Positions 24,049 through 35,302 of a DNA stretch of 43,066 nt are shown one piece after another. The stretch's first letter is position 1, and each line of letters opens with the position of its first letter. The position numbers and the translations under genes are program-made. Source of the DNA: Cladosporium halotolerans (taxonomy: Eukaryota); contig NW_027191457.1 in assembly GCF_011745625.1 (NCBI RefSeq), forward strand, positions 1,116,001 through 1,159,066, written 5' to 3'. The notes below the pieces were generated by a model that made no database searches, was not told where the DNA came from, and worked only from the letters and a program-made list of their open reading frames with translations.

Positions 24049-25392
24049 TTAGTCAGACTCTTCATCGCTCTCCTCATCGCTCTCAGCGTTCTCAAGCCAC
24101 TCGATGAACTTCTCGGCGCTCTTGCGCACCTTGCGGCTGGTCTGCAAGTCAACGTACTTCTTGCTGGCCTTGGCACCCCAGGCCTTGAGGGTATCCTCGG
24201 AGACAAGGTCGTTCTCGTAGATCTGCAGGAGAATGCTGGAAACTTGAGCAACGAGCTCGGGGTGATCGTTGCCAACGAAGCGCTCAATGCCACCAAGGAA
24301 GGCCTTCTCGTGACGCTCGGAGGTGATGAGCTTCTTCAGCATGGAAGCGCGGGGCTCGATCTCCTTGACGATGTTCTTGGAGAAGATGGTCTGGGCCAGC
24401 ACGGCGGGAGTGCGGTGCTTGCTCTCGATGCCGAGCTCCTTGGCCTTGAGGTAGATGTCGACGTCGGCAACCTTGTTGATGTCACCCTTCTCTTTGGCAG
24501 CGTCGTCGATCCACTTGCCAAGCACGTCATAGACGCTGTCCTCCTGGCCCTCGCCGTCCTGAGCTTCCTCGTCGAGAGCGAGAGCCTGCTTAAGGTCCTC
24601 GGGAAGAGCGTTCGCGCGAGCCTTGACAGCCTCCTCGGACATATCAACGGACCTGATTTGTGTAAGTTGGTATTGTTGCAAAGCTTGATGTAAACTAACT
24701 CACCACTCGTGCTCCTTCTGCTCAGACTCGGCAAGCTCCTTGGCCTGGGCGTTGATCTTCTTGGTAAGTTCGTCGTCGCTACCGCCGTCCACATCAACGT
24801 CGCCATCGTCATTGCCCTGATCGGAGCCGCTCTCGCCAGGGCTGTTGCCGTTCTCAGCAGGCTCATCACCGTCAGCCGCAGCTCCGCGGGCCTCAGCCTC
24901 CTTGCGCGCCTTGCGGTCAGCCTTCTTGGTGGACTTGTCCTTCTTGCCCTTCTTCGGCTGGTTCTTCAAGATGAAGGAAGCCAGCTTGTGACGGAGGTCG
25001 GCGTGGGAGCGCTGACCGCAAGCCTTGCAGTCGAGGATGATGTCGCCATCCTTGCAGTTGATGACAGTCTCGGGGTTCTTGCAGTCCTTGCACAGGACGA
25101 ACTTGTTGATGAAACCATCGAGGTGGTCCTGCAGCTTGGAAGCCTCGTGAGCGCCGTTGACGATCCAGCGGTCATCCTTGGGATCGATGTTGGTTTGGGC
25201 ACCAAGCTCGAAGCCGAAGTACTTGATGACATAGTTCGGCGGGCGGGCGAGCTGGTCGGCGACATTGTGAAGGTTGACGATGACGGTCTTGATGCCGTTA
25301 CCCTTGCCCTCGATCTTGGACTGGATCTTCTCCATCTTGTAACGGTAGAAGGCATCCTTCACGTCACGACGGATGTTGACGGATTCGACCAT
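24049..25392 (-). CDS. TIF5: eukaryotic translation initiation factor 5
   Basis: [25 protein letters not shown], zinc ribbon CKDCKNPET...CKACG, and W2/HEAT C-terminus [13 protein letters not shown]. Intron 24653-24703. Start context GCCACCATGG. Confidence 0.97.
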
Positions 25393-25458
25393 GGTGGCGG
25401 TATTGATTGAGACTTGGCTTGGTATGAGTAGGGGTGATTGCGGCGAGAAGGCTGGCGG

Positions 25459-25488
25459 TTACGGTCTTGACTGATGCCACAGGGACAT
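25459..25488 (-). promoter_or_regulatory. eIF5 uORF2 (MSLWHQSRP), poor-context AUG
   Basis: CGC-ATG-T context; stops 66 nt before the main AUG. Confidence 0.6.
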
Positions 25489-25600
25489 GCGTTGTATGCT
25501 ACAAGAACGTGTTGCTTGCTTGGTATCCAGCTTGGATGGCAGATGTTTGTTATGGAGGCTAGGCTCTTTTTTTCTGTGGGTAGGTTCTTTAATGCGGGCT

Positions 25601-25714
25601 TCAGCCGTTGGTGCTGTGATGGCTAGAGCGACGGCTTCTTCGCGTTATGCGAAATGATTGCGGCTGCTCAGGCGGCGGGTCGAGTGCAAAGGCGTGCGCG
25701 TGGGACGAATACAT
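25601..25714 (-). promoter_or_regulatory. eIF5 uORF1 (37 aa, MYSSHAHAFALDPPPEQ...), poor-context AUG
   Basis: TTT-ATG-T context (U at -3 and +4) in the presumed eIF5 leader; ends at TGA 25601-25603. Confidence 0.7.
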
Positions 25715-26824
25715 AAACTCTGGCCTATGTCCGACTTGTGTTTGCGGATGGGTGTTGTGGGCGACCTCGAGGGGTGCGGGATGGAGCGTGGTAGGCGGCG
25801 GCGGTATGGTGGCGGCGCTGCAGACGGAGTGCTGGTTGCGGCGGGTGGCGGACTCGCAGGTGGTGTTGGCGACAGCAGCGGTCGCGGTGGAATGTTTGGC
25901 GATGCGATGGGGTGGAATCGGCAGTGTGCGTGGCAGCGGTGGTGTGGGCTGTGGGTGGGTTGCTGGCGTGTGCGGTGGAAGAAAGAAATGGAAGGGCCGG
26001 CCTGCGGGTCCGCGCCGGCTTTTGTTTTCCGCGGGCAGCGGGCAGGAGGCAGAAAGCCGGGCGACGAGTCTGGGCCGGCTTGCCTGGCTTGTCTGGCTTG
26101 CCTGAGGTTCCAGCCGGCTTGCGTGCTGCTTGCTGCCAACCTCGAAGTTGCTTGCCAGCCTGTCTCGCATGCCTGCGTCCGGCTGTCTCGCCACCGCACC
26201 CGGGCCGGGTCAGCAAGCAGAGTGTATCATCCGCCACTGTGTCCGAGAAGCCGAGATCTTAGGCAACAGTCACCTCACGCTGTCTGGTTCCACGCCATGT
26301 GTTCACGAGCAATCATGTGTCGGATCGATCAGACAGCTGGGTGCGTTGGTCAGGCATGCGGCAGTGGGGCAATGCCTCATGTCTTCACTCGGAGCAGCAG
26401 CAGCATTGACACCTAGCACGAGCATGACTAAGGCATCGGATACATCATGCAATAGCAGATACAGATTATACGTACATATCTCACATCAAAATCCCGACTC
26501 CTCGGAAGCGCGCGCCTCGGCCCTGCCGCCGATGCGAACCACTCGCGCCACGCCACAACCTTGCGGCGTGGGCTGTTGGAACGCGCGCGATGGGCAGGAA
26601 TATATCACTGCCGAGACTTTACATGGAAGGGAGTCGTTAATTGTGTCTGTTGCCAATTGCGTGAGCACAAGCAAGGCCCAGAGGAAGCCGTAATCTCTGC
26701 TGTCACTCATCAAATCCGTGATATCACCGCTGCGCCCAGACTTTGCCTTCCGGCCACTTTTCGAAGCCCATGCACCACTGCACTTTGCTCGATCCACTCG
26801 AAACATATCGCTTGGCACAATAAG

Positions 26825-28452
26825 ATGGCTCCCCCTCCCGTGGACTATTCCCTGTATTTGGTGACGGACTCCACGCCGGCCATTTTGGGCGACAAGGACC
26901 TGGTCGCCGTGGTGAAAGCCGCCGTAGAAGGAGGTGCGCATCTTCGACTCATCGTTCCAGAACATCGTCGTCACGACTCGTGATCATCCACCCACTGACG
27001 CATCCAGGCGCAACCATTGTACAATATCGTGATAAGAAAAGCGATACCGCTCAGCTTGTCCACAATGCCCGCGAATTGCACAAAGTCACAAAGCCCGCCA
27101 ATGTCCCTCTCCTCATCAACGATCGTGTCGACGTCGCCCTGCGAGCCGGCGTCGAAGGCGTGCACGTTGGGCAAGACGATATGGACTTGAAAGGCGCCCG
27201 CGAACTCCTAGGCCCAGACGCCATCATCGGCGTGTCAACCAACACCGAAGAAGAAGCGCTCCGTGCCGCCAGGGACGGCGCCGATTACATTGGCATCGGC
27301 ACGGTCAACGCCACACAGACGAAAGACAACATCAAATCCATTATCGACACCCGAGGCGTCCAGCGTATCCTGACTACGCTGGTAGAGAACAAGCTCGGCC
27401 ATGTCAAAACCGTCTGCATTGGAGGCATGAACGCCGCAAACTCGCAGCGCATCCTTTACCAATCCGCCACGCCCGAGAAGCAACTCGATGGTGTCGCCAT
27501 CGTAAGCGCGATCATGGCCTCCACAGACGCCAGAGCCGCTTCCGAAAACCTGCGCTCTCTCATCGCTACTCCACCGCCTTTCGCACCAAACAGTAAACCT
27601 CAAGCCCTCACTCGCGACGCCCTCGTCGCCGCCGTCCCCGCCCTCATCGCCCGCACCGCCGCCAAAAAGCCCCTTTGCCACAACATGACCAACCTCGTCG
27701 TCCAGAACTTTGCCGCAAATGTCGCACTCGCTGTCGGCGCCTCCCCCATCATGTCCAACAACGGCCTCGAGGCCCCCGACCTCGCCGCGCTCGGCGGCTC
27801 CCTCGTGATCAACATGGGCACCACCACCCCGGAGATCCGCGCAAACCACCTCAAAGCTCTCGCCGCTTACAACGCCGTCGGCGGGCCCGTCGTCCTTGAT
27901 CCTGTCGGCGCTGGCGCGACGCAACAGCGCCGCGAGGGTGTTGCGGCGCTCATGGCTGGGGGTTACTTCGACCTCATCAAGGGCAACGAAGGCGAGATCC
28001 GCACCGTCTCTGGCGCCGCGGGCGTGAAGCAGCACGGCGTTGACTCCGGCGCCGCGCAGCTCTCTGATGCTCAGCGGATTGAAGTCGTCAAAACACTTGC
28101 GCGGCGCGAGCGCAATGTCGTGCTCATGACGGGCAGTACGGACGTTGTGTCGGACGGCAAGCGGACTTTCCTTGTTCGCAATGGGCATGAGTTCCTTGGC
28201 GAGATAACCGGCAGTGGCTGTACTCTGGGGACCACCATCGCCAGTGTGCTGGCGGTTGAGACGGAGGATAAGTTGCTGGCGGCTCTGGCAGGAATTCTGC
28301 TGTATGAGATTGCTGCGGAGAAGGCAGCAGAGACGGCGAGCGGGCCAGGAACGTTTATCCCTGCGTTCATCGATGCGCTGTATCATTTGCGGGAGGCGAG
28401 CAAGAGAGGCGACGGTGCGTGGGCGGAGGGCGCGAAGGTGGAGATTGTGTGA
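26825..28452 (+). CDS. THI6: bifunctional thiamine-phosphate pyrophosphorylase / hydroxyethylthiazole kinase
   Basis: ThiE part: VDYSLYLVTDS, VQYRDK, LLINDRVDVA, GVHVGQDD. ThiM part: HNMTNLVVQNFAANVALA, VVLDPVG, IKGNEGEI, ITGSGCTLG. Intron 26934-27007. Confidence 0.95.
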
Positions 28453-29371
28453 AGGGACACGAAGGAAGGTGGGTGATCGATAGGGTTACCTTAGGTAGAT
28501 ACCTCCTCCAACCGACGCTATGCGCTTGATCCGAGTTCGAATCCCGTGAAAGTCTTAAAAAGACCTTGGACTGGAAAGAGCAGGCACGTGACTGATATGT
28601 GTCGGCCCCACACGCCGCAGGAGCAGAAGTGAACGGGGGTTCGAATCCTGTGCACGTCAGTCCATTAGAATGTTGCGCTCGGTTGGCCGCAGTGCCTGCC
28701 AGCGAGTGTCAGCCTCCGCCGCATGCCATAGACATGCCATTTGGGCGTCATGAAATGACTATGACCATCGATCAAGACCGCCATCGATCACTGTTGCGTG
28801 CTGCGGTGCCATCTGTGATTTTTCGAGACACCACTGCGGCAACATGTGGCTCGAATTGCGCTGTTGAATCTTAGCTTGTGAGATGCGCATTTTGATGGGG
28901 ATCTTCCTGGAATCTAACGCGCCCGCAGCTATGAATATGTATTCGCATCTCTTGCTGCTCCCACTAGCTTTTGACCATGATACTGTAACGTCGTGGTGAC
29001 TTCTATCGCGGCGAGACAGGTTTTGGCGTAGTCCACACTGGGTTGGTTTATGAGACTTGGTCTTCTGACGACCTGTGCACAGGCTTCCAGAGGCCGTTGT
29101 ATTGAGAGCAGCAGGAAGAGAAGCATGGTTCAAATTCGGGGTTTGGCAGTCTAACTTCTTCAATGTATCTTATCTGAGCGATCCGAATGTCTGGCCATCG
29201 AGTGCCGCGATCTCTCATCAGGGACTGCACAAAAAGCAAGCTATTGTCGAATATCGCAACGCCGTGATATTAACTCATTTATTGAGGCACGACAAAAACA
29301 CAACCCACCACTCGGCGATGAAAGCAAAGCAGACAGTAAAAAGAAATAGCTTGAATTGACCACAAAAAGTG

Positions 29372-29651
29372 CAAAAACCTAAGTCCGGTCTGACCGCGCG
29401 TGCCGTATACTTAGGGAAAACGGGCGAACCCATTTTATTATAGCTGCCCTGGTCGTCCACGGAACGGCGTCCCGCCCGCGCGCTGCAAGGTGCTAAATCC
29501 AGACCGTTTCCGCCTCATCGTGCGCTCGTTAGTCTAGCGGCGAACATGGCGGGCTGGAGTGGGGTCGGCGTCCCGATTGCCCAAAGCAGTCCCGCGCGTT
29601 CCCAACTAGACTAAGGAACCCACGATGAGCCGGGAGAGAAAGGATGACGGT
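29372..29651 (-). ncRNA. unassigned structured non-coding RNA candidate (~280 nt)
   Basis: Long 5' hairpin plus a 3' domain of nested stems, a UUCG-tetraloop hairpin and a potential pseudoknot. T-runs at the 3' end; TATA-like and E-box motifs upstream. No matching family recognised. Confidence 0.6.
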
Positions 29652-29664
29652 GAGGGGCGTAACA

Positions 29665-29760
29665 GCTTTAAATCAGTTCATTGCAGCGGCTGCTCCCCTT
29701 AGCGCGGGCACGTGACGCGCTCACTGGGCAGCTACGCCTTCTTGCGAGGGCGTCACGTGA
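29665..29760 (-). promoter_or_regulatory. putative promoter of the ncRNA candidate: TTTAAA box and two GTCACGTG E-boxes
   Basis: TTTAAA at 29667-29672, CACGTGAC at 29709-29716 and GTCACGTGA at 29752-29760. Confidence 0.4.
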
Positions 29761-30625
29761 GACACTGAGCTGGTAAGCTTTCCATGTCGCTATTTTCTGC
29801 GCGACCGTATGGCGCGAAAGTGGTGCACCCGCGTGGATGGAAGAGGGTCGCATGACTGGTTTGTCGGCCTTGTGATCCACGGGTTGGCTCTGCCGCAAAA
29901 TGAGGGCCGCGTAGGTCCGTGGAGGATAAATGGTACATAACATCCTTGCCAGGATAGCTTCAGCAGCGAGAGACTTTTCTTGGTTTGTGGGCGAGTGCAA
30001 AGGTTCCATCCTTATGAACAGGGCTTGTGCAATTGTGAGCCCAGGTGCAATGCTAAGGCAATTTGGGCCGCTTCGGCAGGGGCTAGGACACTGGTTTCAA
30101 TCTCAACACTCTCAATTAGTAGTGAGGCTCACCGAAGAAGTCGCAAGGCAAGAATTGAGAACCATGCAAGAGGAAGTGATCTCAACCCTGCGCAAGGGAG
30201 GCACTCGACTGCGCTCACGCCCGCAATGGCACGAATGGTGACGCTGGAGAGCGCACTGCCATTGAGTCGGCATCATACAAGCTTCTTCAGAAATCAAACT
30301 CGTGCGATTAGAACTTCATTCTGTGCAAATGACCCGGATGGCTTGTGAGAGTGAAGAGGTGAGGTCTGGCAGCGGCTCCGCGCGCAGGGCCATCCCCAAA
30401 CTTTGGAAGTGGGGCGAAATTCAGAGACCACCGAGCACCAGAGCCGCCCGCCCCGCCAAGCGAAGAGCGCCAGCTACACATCATCCCAGCGCCCAGCGAT
30501 TGCTATAGCCCACGTGAGCACTTCGATACTTGCTCGCGAGTAAGTGGGCAGCTCTACCGCGCCGTATCTGTCCTCCCACGGCAACACACTCGCATACGGC
30601 ATCGTCCACTCCCCGCGAATTCACA

Positions 30626-32557
30626 ATGGCTGCAGCGCTAGCCTCGCTCCTCAAGAAAACCCACATCGAGGATCACGATGAGATCCTGCGCTCTGCTGAA
30701 GCTGCTCTCAAGCAATCCAAGGGCGATCTTGAAACGCAGCATGTCAAGGCTGTCGCCCTGCTGAACCTGGACCGCTATTCGGACGCAGTCACCGCAATCG
30801 AAGCCGGCGGGGACAAGCTGAAAGAGAAGGTGCGCTTGGAATACGCTTACGCTCTGTACAAGTCAGGCAAGTCGGCAGAGGCGGCAGAGATTGCAGCGAA
30901 GGGCTCTCAGCGCGGTTACAGCCATGTGGAGGCCCAGGCACGGTACAGAACCGAGGACTTCCAGCGGGCGGCGGAGCTGTACAAGCAGTTGAGCGCTAAT
31001 CAGGCTCAAGATGCCGAAGCAGACCTCAGGGTAAATGCTTCGGCGGTTGATGCGCAACTGGAGTGGTCAGGGAAGGGCGCGATGGTTCAAAACAAGAGAG
31101 CTGCGAGGGGAGATTTGGAGGCATTCGAGACGGCGTACAACGCTGCTTGCGGAAGCATAGCGAGAGGGGAGCTGGGGCAAGGTGAGGTGCTACTGAAGCG
31201 TGCGCGCGACCTCTGTGAGTCGGTGGAGGACATGACCGAAGAGGATAAGGAGACGGAATTGCTACCGATTGCGGTGCAGCAGATTTACGTTCTGACCAGG
31301 TTGGGAAGGCACGAAGAGGCGAACAAACTGGGCCAGAGCATTGGCGAAAAGACTTTTCCCGATCAAAGCTCGAAACTCATCGCAAGGGTGAACAGCATTG
31401 CAGCAGCTGGTGTACCAAGCAACCCTTTCCTCGCCCAGAGACTGCTGGCCTTTGACCTTGAGACGCTGAAACCCGACTATCCTTTCGCCTACCAAACTGC
31501 TGCCCTCGAGCAGAACAGCTCCGCCACCGAACTGCTAGCCATGAAGTTCGGCGGTGTCGTCGACTCCACATCGAAAGCTCTCTCGAAGCAGGATGGTGCT
31601 ACCCTTGACAGGCGGCTCAACGGTCTCTCTGTTGTCAATGCTGCAGCGCATGCCCGGAACAAAGTGGGCAAAGATGCCCTCAAACATTTCTTGCCTTTGC
31701 TGGAGAAGCGTCCGAACGATATTGGCCTTATCCTCACAATTGTCCAATCTTATGTACAGATTGGAAACCTCACCTCAGCAACTGTGCACTTGGAGAAGTT
31801 CCTCACGAAGCTCGAGAATTCTGCAAACGGCAGCGATCTGGACATGCGATTCGCCCCTGGTTTGGTAGGAACCCTTGTTAGCCTTTACAACAGCCAAAGC
31901 AGGCGTGAGCCTGCCCGATCTGCACTTGGAAAAGCCGCGACGCATTGGCGCACTCGATCAAACCATTCTCGCGGCGTGATACACTTGCTCAAAGCAGCGG
32001 GAAGCTCCTTGACCGAGTCCCAAGACCCCTCACATCAAACGCTCGCTCGCGACATATTCCAAGACCTGCACGACAAAGAGCCCTCGGACCGCTACGCCGC
32101 CGCAGGCCTCCTCGCCGCATCGCCCGCGACCGCTAAATCCTCCGACCTTTCATCCCTACAACCAGTCGATCAGCTCGTCAAAGATATTGACGTCGAAGCT
32201 CTCGAAGCCGCCGGCATCGCGCAGCCTCCGGCGTCAGTCATTGCCGCAGCAACACGTAAGCGCCCCGCAGAAGAGCAGCAAACAAAGCCCAAGAAGCACA
32301 AGAAGCTATGCAAGAGTAAGATGCCTAAAGACTACGATCCGAATCGCACTCCCGATCCCGAGCGCTGGTTACCTCTCCGCGATCGCAGCTCGTACAAGCC
32401 AAAAGGGAAAAAGGGGAAGGCGAAGCAGGCGATGATGGCACAGGGCGCCGTCAGTGAGGATAGTAGGCCTGCGACACCGGGCGCGGATGTCGTAAAGAGC
32501 AAGCAGCAGCAACAAGGCGGTGGCAAAAAGAAGAAGGGCAAGGGGAATAAGTGGTAA
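30626..32557 (+). CDS. SRP72: signal recognition particle subunit SRP72
   Basis: N-terminal TPRs (HVKAVALLNLDRY, LEYAYALYK, FETAYNAAC) and the SRP72 RNA-binding signature PDPERWLPLRDRS. Confidence 0.95.
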   Translation: MAAALASLLKKTHIEDHDEILRSAEAALKQSKGDLETQHVKAVALLNLDRYSDAVTAIEAGGDKLKEKVRLEYAYALYKSGKSAEAAEIAAKGSQRGYSHVEAQARYRTEDFQRAAELYKQLSANQAQDAEADLRVNASAVDAQLEWSGKGAMVQNKRAARGDLEAFETAYNAACGSIARGELGQGEVLLKRARDLCESVEDMTEEDKETELLPIAVQQIYVLTRLGRHEEANKLGQSIGEKTFPDQSSKLIARVNSIAAAGVPSNPFLAQRLLAFDLETLKPDYPFAYQTAALEQNSSATELLAMKFGGVVDSTSKALSKQDGATLDRRLNGLSVVNAAAHARNKVGKDALKHFLPLLEKRPNDIGLILTIVQSYVQIGNLTSATVHLEKFLTKLENSANGSDLDMRFAPGLVGTLVSLYNSQSRREPARSALGKAATHWRTRSNHSRGVIHLLKAAGSSLTESQDPSHQTLARDIFQDLHDKEPSDRYAAAGLLAASPATAKSSDLSSLQPVDQLVKDIDVEALEAAGIAQPPASVIAAATRKRPAEEQQTKPKKHKKLCKSKMPKDYDPNRTPDPERWLPLRDRSSYKPKGKKGKAKQAMMAQGAVSEDSRPATPGADVVKSKQQQQGGGKKKKGKGNKW

Positions 32558-32630
32558 AACGCCCGTATGATCGGTATACCTAGATGATGTACAAAAACTT
32601 CAAAGTCGCGCTCAACATCATCCTCTGTTT

Positions 32631-34182
32631 CTATGCGCCACCCCACCGTCTTCCGCCTGATTGATCGCTGAGACTGGAGTCTCTCGACCCGCCTCTCAAT
32701 GGCACGTACTCGTCGCCCCTATACGCATGTACGCCCAACTCCTCGTCGTGCCTGAACGTCCTCGCTCGCCCAGCTGGCGCCGGATCTTTCGCTGCGCGCG
32801 GCGCCGTAGGCCCAGGGGCTGCCACGTTATCATCAAACGGTGAGCGTCCCTGCCTTACCGTCCTCCTTTTCGCCGCCACGGCTCCTGCTAGCCCCGCAGC
32901 CCTGCCCGTCGATCCCTCTTTCGCTGAAGGACCATTCCACCACGCCATAAGACCCTTCCAAGCAAGACCCAATGCCACCCAGACTGCGTTCACAATATCG
33001 CTCAGATCCAGTGCGTCCCGCACTGCGCGCCACATTCCTAGGCGTGGCGCGAGCGCAGCCTCGAGGTATCTGTCCGCGCGGCCGCGGAACTCAGCTGCGC
33101 TATACGACCACTGGAAGATCAGGCTGAAGAGCACGGTTTCGAGGCAGGTGAGCAGCGCGGGCATACCAAAGTTGATGTCGTTATAGGTCAGTTTCCGCGT
33201 AGGGGAGAAGAGTTTGCCGTTGAGGAGAGAGAACAGGATCTGTTTGATGGGTGGTCAGATTCTGCTTTCTTTGCATGAGGGGCATCTGAAGGGGCATTCG
33301 TACGTTTTGGATAATTTGGAAGAATATTATCCCCAGGAAAGAGTAGATCTTCGCGCGCTCCTTGTGCGTCCCGCTCATCTCGCCTTTCGTCCGCTTTGCA
33401 AATGCGATCGTGCCTTCCAGAGCGCCGGCGACGATCAACAAACTGGCGAGGAAAAGCCAGAGGTGAGCGTGCTTGGCGGAGAAAGAGTTGGAGCAGTACT
33501 CCCCGTAGTACTGGGTGACGATCTCAATGATGGTGAAGGCGAGCGTGATAAGGGGAAATTGGAAGATGGAAGCCCAGGTGCGCTGGTGGGCGGGTCAGTT
33601 TCGTGCGGTTGTTGAGTACGGTACGTTCAGGGTCGGGCATACCTGGAACCAAGCTAGAGAGCCGCCTTCGATGATCTCGCCCTTCTTCCCTTTGAAGGGC
33701 ATCTCGTCGAAATATCTGTCTCTGTCGGTGCCTTCCGGGCAGACCCATTCAAGGAGAAGGAAGAACAACGCTGCAACGGCAAAGGACTGGTAGAGGCCGG
33801 CCAGCGGGTGGATGTATTGGAAATTGGAGTACCAGCAGAGCGCCAAAAAATTGAACAAACAGTAGAAGACCGGCATGGCTATTATCCGGAGAATCTGGCG
33901 CTGCTCTTGCGGAGCAGTGTAGTTGCGCAGATGTTGCCATGATAAATGAAGGGTGGCGACAGTTGTCACTGCTAAGCAAGGGGCACAGATGTAGATCGCG
34001 AGCTGGTGAAATGTTAGGTCGCCACTCGCATACAGGGGGTCGCCTATGAGAGTTGGTATGGGTCGAGCGCATGCTTTGGCATCGGCTTCGGTGGTGTCTC
34101 GCGAAAAGATTGTTCGGGAGATGGAGCGGTTAGAGGGCCATTGAGATGTGGAGCCTGAGACGTCCAGTAATGGGGAAAGCAT
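32631..34182 (-). CDS. TMEM184 / OST-alpha (DUF300) family membrane transporter
   Basis: HLRNYTAPQEQRQILRIIAMPVF, IFQFP and CLETVLFSLIFQWSYS. Introns 33583-33642 and 33240-33303. Confidence 0.85.
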
Positions 34183-34726
34183 CTTTGTTGTGTCCTCGAG
34201 GCGTGTGACGCTTTTGGACGTCCTCCTTTTGCAGTGTGACGAGCAGAGATATGTTGGAGGGCCGGACGGGACAAATGGCTATTATATCTGGAAAAGCTAC
34301 TAGGGTGTGTGTCGAGGTTGCTACAATAGGAAGCGTGCGCGCTCTTGCTTGATGGCAGGCAGTGTTGTCACGGCCATGATGTGCCAAAGGCGTGTTGTTG
34401 GCGCAGCTGTCGCAAGAGCGTCCCGATGAGGCAAAGATCGGTGAAGGATTCATGTCAGCACAGCCCTGTCGGCGAAACCGAGCCACCGGCGTGCTGCTAG
34501 CCTAATTAAGGGCTCCTTGCGCTCGCGCCTTGCGTCCTGTCATGATTTCAGAAGTCTGTTATTGAAAATCGGCTGCTTTCAGAACTTTTCTTAGCAAGTC
34601 GATGCGACCGGAGCTCTACATGCATGTAACAGCCCTCCGATGCTGTGCTCGGAAGCTTTGTGGAGTGATCGCTCTGCCGCTTTTCCCAATTATCTATATT
34701 GTAGAAATTTGATTTCACTCAATAAT

Positions 34727-34820
34727 GCATTGGTGGTTTAGTGGTAAAATTGGCCGTTGCCATCGAGATATTCTACTTCCGATTGTCGGCCAGCCCCGGG
34801 TTCGATTCCCGGCCGATGCA
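34727..34820 (+). tRNA. tRNA-Gly(GCC) with a 23-nt intron (34763-34785)
   Basis: Acceptor stem GCATTGG/CCGATGC plus A, D-arm TGGTTTAGTGGTAAAA, anticodon stem GGCCG/CGGCC with GCC at 34759-34761, T-arm CCGGGTTCGATTCCCGG, followed by TTTT. Confidence 0.97.
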
Positions 34821-35302
34821 TTTTGCCCTGCATTTTGCTCTGCGATTGATTTGGACCCAGCTTTTTACCGCGTCTGATGCAGTGAACAATTGCAATATTC
34901 AGCCTGCGCCTTCCCTTCACCATACATCGGTAAATCAACGGCGCTTCAACCCCCGTCGACAATGGCAGCTTAATCCCCGAGGCTACCCTTTTCCGATACA
35001 AGGACTCGGAAGCGGCCGTGCTGCATGAAGCCGGCAACTCACCTAGCCCACGTTTTGTGCTCCAGCACGTTGTACCTTCACTAAGGTAGTGTCAAAAGCT
35101 TGTCCCGCCAGCGACACCCATTCTAAATCTCTCAGCGATACTTCAAGGATGAGCGTGCCACCCTTGTCTCAGACAAACATCGCGTGACGCTCTAGCCGCC
35201 GATGATCGCGTTCGTGAAGCACGTCCTCAGCGCTTTGCGTAGAGCATTCGCAGCTGCTCCAACACGGTGATACTGCCCATCATCCATACACTCTCGTAGG
35301 CC

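Noticed and set aside
25601..26416. Multiple long ORFs on both strands between eIF5 and THI6, and 9-bp GGCTTGCCT-like repeats near 26077-26121
   Set aside because: Explained by a stop-poor GC-rich leader and promoter. Only the AUG-initiated uORF portion is supported; the repeats are short and degenerate.
27235..28386. Long antisense ORFs opposite THI6, and similarly opposite ISY1, DUR3, eIF5, the DUF2439 gene and the epoxide hydrolase
   Set aside because: Shadow frames produced by GC3-rich codon bias of the real genes.
28481..28490. TAACCCTA on the minus strand as a telomerase RNA template
   Set aside because: Only 8 nt, and it lies 3' of the structured region, whereas the template should precede the pseudoknot. 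No U/A-rich triple-helix pseudoknot was seen.
29486..29502. CAAGGTGCTAAATCCAG resembles the J3/4 region of bacterial SAM-I riboswitches
   Set aside because: The rest of the SAM-I core (P1 AUC/GAU, kink-turn P2 with GAGGGA...GGCCC, GCAAC in P3) is absent, and the G-U pair polarity favours the opposite strand.
29498..29523. Minus-strand CACGAUGAG-GCG-GAAAC-GGUC looks like a minimal hammerhead core
   Set aside because: The core needs CUGANGA with a C3-G8 pair; here it is ACGAUGA, and these bases sit within the long hairpin stem.
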